Shown: positions 17,418 to 22,454 of the stretch, piece by piece
How the letters are laid out: each line of letters begins with the position of its first letter
Numbering within the stretch: position 1 is the first letter of the stretch
From: Candidatus Jordarchaeia archaeon
GTDB taxonomy: Archaea; Asgardarchaeota; Jordiarchaeia; Jordiarchaeales; Jordiarchaeaceae
Assembly (NCBI GenBank): GCA_029856435.1
Contig: JAHQXB010000059.1
Location: forward strand, 1-22,454
DNA: 22,454 bases
Direction of reading: 5' to 3'
Position numbers and translations under genes: made by a program
Notes under the pieces: generated by a model
Told to the model about the DNA's origin: nothing
The model's input: the letters and a program-made list of their open reading frames with translations, nothing else
Databases searched by the model: none

Positions 17418-17666
17418 CTATCTATAAACTCTTAATCTCTTATCAATATTCACTATTAATATCACCATTTTATCTGGAAAAATCTCATAAAGGAATCTAT
17501 AATCTCCAACTCCTATTCTAAATAGTTTTTCTTCTCTTCCAAACGCTCTCTTCACACCGGGTGGAAACTGATTTTCAGCCAACTCTTCTATTTTATTAAA
17601 CGAATGTATACCTCCTTAGGAATTTTAAAAAATTTGTAAGCCCTAGTACTTAATCTCAAAGCTCAC
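17418..17666 (-). pseudogene. RelE/ParE-family toxin, multiply frameshifted
   Basis: Fragments in alternating frames: STRAYKFFKIPKEVYIRLIK, AENQFPPGVKR, NYFRIGVGDYRFL and YEIFPDKMVILIVNIDKRLRVYR*. These match the RelE YR(I)R(V)GDYR(I)LYEI...IV.I..R..VY pattern. Confidence 0.8.
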
Positions 17667-17863
17667 CTAGCTCCCTCTTCAAATCTTCAAGTTTTACGGT
17701 CTTTCCCTCTCTAAACTCTCTCCGCCTCTTTTAGCTTCAATTCTTCTTCCTTTGTTAAAAGATTATCCACTTCTATCATGTGCTTCTTAATGTAGGCAAG
17801 ATCCCTTCTTATAGCCTTTAATTCTTCAAGTATCAAGGTAAAATCGTCTTTTGATTCCACCAT
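17656..17863 (-). pseudogene. Cognate antitoxin (archaeal RelB-like), frameshifted in a GA repeat
   Basis: GGAGGT RBS and ATG at 17863. Reads MVESKDDFTLILEELKAIRRDLAYIKKHMIEVDNLLTKEEELKLKEAER and stops at 17711. The tail EFREGKTVKLEDLKRELGEL* continues in another frame and overlaps the toxin start. Confidence 0.7.
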
Positions 17864-18249
17864 TCAACTACCTCCACATTTCAACTTAATGGTAGTCTCC
17901 CCTATAAAACTAGTCTTTATTTTAGCTGTTGGAGTTTAGAACAATTGTTCTATCATAGAATCTTTCCTCATCCAGAGTAGAGGCGGGCCAAATTGGATTG
18001 TTCGGTGGAATCTATGCGATACCCAACCCCGTGCACTGTGAAGCATGCCGAGAAACATAGCGTACACTTGTGAATCCTTACTGTACTCCCCATGAATCTC
18101 AAGCTCTTCCTCCGTGTGAAAAGAGTGTGGACAATCGAGAAACAATCCTCTGAGATAACGCTTAGCAAAATCGCAATCATTACATAGGAATCCTATCGCT
18201 ATCTAAACACCCTTCACTACATAGAACGCGCCGCAGAAGCCAGCTCGCA

Positions 18250-18552
18250 GTGGAAAGGCCAACAGTTACTCTAGGCGAGGAACCAGCTGAGATTGAACAA
18301 GTAGCTATTAAAACTGTTTCTACTGTCGAAGCTGGTAGATGTGCATTTTGCGGTGGCAATTTTTCCGAGGAGTTCGATATCTGTTCCGATTACGGAGAAG
18401 AGAGATTTCGGTGCTCAGTTTGCCAGTTGAACATTGTCTTTGACGGCAACGTTGTCAGGGGTCCTCATTGTGGTGTTTTGAGTCATCGAGAACATATACT
18501 GGATTGGATTAAAATCAGGGGGCTTCTCCAATTACAGGGAAATGCTCGGTGA
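18250..18552 (+). pseudogene. Decayed zinc-ribbon + RING-like finger gene (3' remnant)
   Basis: CAFC...CSDY ribbon followed by CSVC-x12-GPHC-x4-HREH-ILDWIKIRG. The expected terminal CPxC is lost; the shifted frame reads GFSNYRE. The same frame upstream (about 17945-18250) contains several stops. Confidence 0.5.
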
Positions 18553-18676
18553 AAACAGATCATCAGATACTGATTTTTTGTTCCAAAATTTTATTACCTT
18601 CATCCGCCTAAATTCATATATAAAAAATAGTATCTTGAAAGAATGATTCCTCAAAAATAGTAAAAGGTTGGGGGAC

Positions 18677-18901
18677 ATGTCTAATATAAATGTGATAGCT
18701 GCGATCTTTGAGGAAGAACTCAAAAAAGTGGTAACTGAAAGGAAGGAAAAAAAGAGCAAAAAACCCGAATATTTTGAAGAGCATTACCTCTCCCCGGAGG
18801 AACTGAATAAAATTGTGGAGTTCCTCAAAAAGTATCTTTCGTCTACGAGCATAGATGCTAAAGGAGAGCTGGAGTGCATTCTAGGAGGTGGCCTTGAGTG
18901 A
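18677..18901 (+). CDS. Small charged helical protein (74 aa) translationally coupled to the SMC ATPase
   Basis: ATG at 18677 follows a G-rich RBS (track start 18668). Its TGA overlaps the GTG start of the next gene (GTGA). Confidence 0.6.
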   Translation: MSNINVIAAIFEEELKKVVTERKEKKSKKPEYFEEHYLSPEELNKIVEFLKKYLSSTSIDAKGELECILGGGLE

Positions 18902-20745
18902 TTCTTAAGGTTCGCCTCCAGAACTGGAAAAGGCACAAGGATAAAGAGTTCAACTTCAAAGAAGGATTAAACTTAATCTTAGGGCCTAACACTTCGGGCA
19001 AGACAAGTGTTATGCAGGCCATCTTTTACGCTCTAACTGGTGATTCTCCAGAGAAGCGGAGCCTACTGGAATTCAAAACAGTTGGCTCCGAGGAAGCACA
19101 GGTTGAACTGAGCCTTGCCGCCAATGATGGTTGCCAGTATCTGGTTCGCCGATACGTATCCGGAGAAAAAAGAGTCAACGAAAACGCTCACCTCTACGTT
19201 TCCCAAAACGGTGAACCAGTAGAGATTGCTTCAAAACCGGATGATGTTAACACCCGGCTAAGTGAAATCCTAGGATTTGGCACCCAGTTCTTTCTAAGAG
19301 CCATCTATATGAAGGAAGGGGACGTCTACGAGTTCCTTCAGAATCCCAGCGATAAGGTGCTCCAAGAAATAGATCAAATGCTCCAGATGGATAAAATCAA
19401 AAATCTTATAGAAACCGTGAAAAACGTATCCCGAGAAAAAGTCAGGGAAGCCAAGAGCTGTAAGATAAATCTCAAAAGAGTAGAAACGCCTTCCGCTGAA
19501 GAACAGGAGTTAATCAGAAGGGGGGAGGAGCTAGAAAAAAGAATCAGCGATTTGAACTCTCAACTCCAAGAACTACAAAAACAGCAAAGAAACATGGAGG
19601 AAGCTACAAGTATCCTTAAAAGAATTGGTGAAAAAGAGAAAAAATTGGAGGAGTACCGGGAGAGGTTAACCCGTCTAGGCGGCGATATTAAGGGTGATGG
19701 CTCACCCAAAGAAAAAATCGAAGCCGCAATTAGAACCACGATGAGGGAGCTTGAAGAACAAAAAACCAAGTCCCAGGAAAAACAGTCCAAGGTTTTAACT
19801 CTCCAAAGCAGAATAAAAGAGTATGAGGAAAACCTGCGCAAATTAGAAACTGCCACAGAAAAATGTCCCCTCTGCGAACAAAAACTAACCCCAGAACACA
19901 TACAAAAAGTAAAAAAAGATTTCACCGAAACCATTCAAAAACTCGCAAAAGAATCCCAAAACACCCAAAAAGAAAACATGGAAATAGTTGCAAAAATACA
20001 GGATACAGAAAGAAGACTAAAAGACCTCCAGAACAAAAACAATGAATTAGAAACAATACTAGAAACATTAAAAATAATAAACGACGAAAAATCCACACTT
20101 GAAAAACAGTTCCCCCCAAACCAGCCAAAAAATATGGAAAAACTGGAATCCTCACTGAGGCAAGTTGAAACCCAGATCAAAACAACACAAGAAGAAATAG
20201 AAAAAGTAAAAAAAGAGAAAATGCGAACAGAAGTAACCTTAGAAACCTCAACCCAAACCCTAAAAGAACTAGAAAAAAAGACAAGAAATCTAGCCCACCA
20301 AGAATTCGTCGTCTCCACAACACTAGAGGCACTTGAAAGAACAGTAAAACGGCTCCGCGAAGAAAAACTAGTTCAAGTGAAACAAAAAGCAGCCCAACTG
20401 CTATCAAAGTTTAAACCCGGAATCTGGACCGTGAACTGGGATGAAAAATTCGTACCCCTACTCGCATCCCCAGAACACAGTCTCTCCGCCTACCAGCTCA
20501 GCGGCGCCGAGAAACTACTACTCTTCATGGTCATAAGACTCTCCATGGCATCCCTCTTCGGAAAACCAGACTTCATTCTACTAGACGAACCCGCCTACCA
20601 CCTAGACAATGACCGAAAAAAACTCGTACACAACATCCTCAAAGAATACCTACAATCCACAGGAATCCGCCAACTAATCCTATGTAGCTTCGACCCCTAC
20701 CTAGAAGAATATGAATGGGACAACAAAATAATACTCCAGTTGTAG
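18898..20745 (+). CDS. Rad50/SbcC-like SMC ATPase with zinc hook, short coiled coils
   Basis: Walker A GPNTSGKT, coiled coil, central CPLC hook (aa 323-326), signature LSGAE, Walker B/D-loop FILLDEPAYHLD. 615 aa. Confidence 0.92.
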   Translation: MILKVRLQNWKRHKDKEFNFKEGLNLILGPNTSGKTSVMQAIFYALTGDSPEKRSLLEFKTVGSEEAQVELSLAANDGCQYLVRRYVSGEKRVNENAHLYVSQNGEPVEIASKPDDVNTRLSEILGFGTQFFLRAIYMKEGDVYEFLQNPSDKVLQEIDQMLQMDKIKNLIETVKNVSREKVREAKSCKINLKRVETPSAEEQELIRRGEELEKRISDLNSQLQELQKQQRNMEEATSILKRIGEKEKKLEEYRERLTRLGGDIKGDGSPKEKIEAAIRTTMRELEEQKTKSQEKQSKVLTLQSRIKEYEENLRKLETATEKCPLCEQKLTPEHIQKVKKDFTETIQKLAKESQNTQKENMEIVAKIQDTERRLKDLQNKNNELETILETLKIINDEKSTLEKQFPPNQPKNMEKLESSLRQVETQIKTTQEEIEKVKKEKMRTEVTLETSTQTLKELEKKTRNLAHQEFVVSTTLEALERTVKRLREEKLVQVKQKAAQLLSKFKPGIWTVNWDEKFVPLLASPEHSLSAYQLSGAEKLLLFMVIRLSMASLFGKPDFILLDEPAYHLDNDRKKLVHNILKEYLQSTGIRQLILCSFDPYLEEYEWDNKIILQL

Positions 20746-20755
20746 GCGAACAACC

Positions 20756-22454
20756 ATGAATCTGGTTTTCGACTCAAACTTCTTCATAGCCCTAGAAAAC
20801 ACCAACAACATAGAACAGCTCCAAGACATGAGAAACATACTCAAACAGGAAAACATGGGAATCTACACCACGCAATCAGTAATACAGGAAGTGAACCAGG
20901 GCGGACTGCCCATCGAAAAAGTGAAACAGTTCATAGACAAGTCGGAGCCGGTAAACATAAGCGAACCAGAATATAAAAACATAAAAAGGGAAGCCATAAA
21001 AAGAGGCTACATATCCGGAGAAAAAAGCGAAACCGACCTGGAAGTCATATACCTGGCCAAAAAACTTTCCGAAGGGGAGGAAACCCTCATTGTAACAGAC
21101 GACCAGGGTGTCGAAGAAACAGTTACAAACATCCTAAGAAACCCAAAACTCCAAATAATCAAACCCTTCAACCTCCTCAGCACGGTAGCCTCAAAAGCAC
21201 CAACCCAGAAACAGAGAAACCAGCTCCTACTAACAGCAACAGAAACAGCAAGCTACTTCCTCCAATACCGACTGAGAGCAGGACGTTCCATCTCACCCCT
21301 AATCCACAAAATACTGGAAACCACCCGCCAAATAGTACAACAAACAGCACAAATACCCACACTGCCACCCCGAATAAACCAAGCCCTACAAAAAATCATA
21401 AACGATGAGGAACTCCACAAAGACGAAATCAAAGATCTGACCATTCTACAACCAATACCAGACCTGCTGAAAAAACTCAGCCAAACAGAGGAACCCAGCG
21501 AACTGGAAAACCTAACAGCAGAAATCGCATGGCAACTCGCACAAAAAACAAAACAATTAACCCCAGAAACCCACCTCCCACTACAAATAATAACACATCA
21601 AAAAATGTTCCAAGCCCAAATCCGCGCGGCAGCCAAAAACCTAGAACAAGGAAAACCCCAAGAAGCACAAAAAAACATAACAAACGCCCTCACACAGTAC
21701 CCAGCACACACCCCAGAAAACCTGGAAAACACACTCGCACTACTGGCAATAATCCAACTCGCCAACCAAGAGATAGAAAAAGCCCAAAACACCCTAAACC
21801 AAATAAAACAAAAAACAGTATCCACACCCCAAACAAAACAAATACAAAACCTAATACTAGCAGCAAAAGGACAACCCCTACCCTCAGAAGCAGACCCAGA
21901 ATACCTCCTAAACGCAGCCCAAGACCTCCACGCCCTAGGAAACACAAAACACCCACCCCAAATCCTGGAAGCCATACTAAAGCTGGATGCACCCCCAATC
22001 ATAAAAACAGAAGCCGCACACTGCCTCCTAAACTACTGCAGACTGCAAGACAGAGAACTAACTGAAACCACCATGAAAAAACTGGAAGAAATAGTGTCAG
22101 AAGAAGAGCTCCGAGGCCAAACCAAAGCTCCACTAGACAAAGCCCTAAAAATAGAAAATTTCACCCCCATCCAGGAATGCCCTAAACCCTACACCCAAAC
22201 CATGTATGTACTACAAACCACGGAACAGCAAAATGAAATAAGGGTGAAGGTTTGGCACCCCACACTAAAATCCGTAATGTTACTCTGCCTACCCAAAAAA
22301 TGTTCACCCCAAATAGCAAACGCAACCACCATCAAAGTAACCAGCGGCAAAATAAAAACAAACCTAAACATCGTACAAATAAGAGAAAATAAAGTGAGAG
22401 CAATAATTGAAACCAGCCTAGACGCCCAAATACAAACAACAAAAAGAAAAATAC
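20756..22454 (+). CDS. PIN-domain nuclease fused to a TPR-like helical region and a beta-rich C-terminal segment (3' end outside window, >566 aa)
   Basis: Translated by hand and open to the window edge, so absent from the track. MNLVFDSNFF (D6), TTQSVIQEV (E45), SETDLEVIYLA (D94) and LIVTDD (D115/116) are the four acidic PIN positions. Helical repeats follow (NLEQGKPQEAQKNITNAL; LALLAIIQLANQEIEKAQNTLNQI). Confidence 0.85.
   Translation, partial: MNLVFDSNFFIALENTNNIEQLQDMRNILKQENMGIYTTQSVIQEVNQGGLPIEKVKQFIDKSEPVNISEPEYKNIKREAIKRGYISGEKSETDLEVIYLAKKLSEGEETLIVTDDQGVEETVTNILRNPKLQIIKPFNLLSTVASKAPTQKQRNQLLLTATETASYFLQYRLRAGRSISPLIHKILETTRQIVQQTAQIPTLPPRINQALQKIINDEELHKDEIKDLTILQPIPDLLKKLSQTEEPSELENLTAEIAWQLAQKTKQLTPETHLPLQIITHQKMFQAQIRAAAKNLEQGKPQEAQKNITNALTQYPAHTPENLENTLALLAIIQLANQEIEKAQNTLNQIKQKTVSTPQTKQIQNLILAAKGQPLPSEADPEYLLNAAQDLHALGNTKHPPQILEAILKLDAPPIIKTEAAHCLLNYCRLQDRELTETTMKKLEEIVSEEELRGQTKAPLDKALKIENFTPIQECPKPYTQTMYVLQTTEQQNEIRVKVWHPTLKSVMLLCLPKKCSPQIANATTIKVTSGKIKTNLNIVQIRENKVRAIIETSLDAQIQTTKRKI

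Noticed and set aside
18898-20745. Calling the SMC gene housekeeping rad50
   Set aside because: It is short, has altered His-switch and Q-loop motifs, and has no mre11, nurA or herA neighbour. Gene symbol withheld.
19560-22371. Many minus-strand ORFs rich in F/L/V/G and the plus-strand 21529-22065 ORF rich in K/P/T/R
   Set aside because: These are shadows of the SMC and PIN genes. The extreme A/C skew depletes stop codons in other frames, and they carry no motifs.

Overview
Archaeal chromosomal window (GGAGGTG/GGTGA ribosome-binding sites, TATA-type promoters, short XPF, V4R regulator). The lineage cannot be fixed from sequence alone; an Asgard or TACK-type archaeon is my inference. Left (1-3.5 kb): a 5'-truncated nadE, xpf, frameshifted unknown ORFs and queC. 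Middle (3.9-17.0 kb): an anaerobic-catabolism-like block containing 3-hydroxyacyl-CoA dehydrogenase, a FixC/FixX-like pair, DUF488, a TtuA-like tRNA thiolase, an NDP-forming acyl-CoA synthetase alpha subunit, a CCG-domain Fe-S protein, two VAO/PCMH-type flavoproteins and a divergent wHTH-V4R regulator. This block is bracketed by two ~96% identical, oppositely oriented 132/133-bp MITE-like elements. Right (17.4-22.45 kb): a decayed RelBE-type toxin-antitoxin pair and a decayed Zn-ribbon/RING-like gene, neither resolved by the ORF track. These are followed by the best candidate for an undescribed system: a tightly coupled three-gene unit of a 74-aa helical protein, a short Rad50-like zinc-hook SMC ATPase with altered catalytic motifs, and a >566-aa PIN nuclease-TPR-like protein. 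The last gene runs off the window edge and is absent from the ORF track. Many genes also show a 5' G/T-rich to 3' A/C-rich compositional gradient. No tRNA, rRNA, CRISPR array, transposase or integrase was found.
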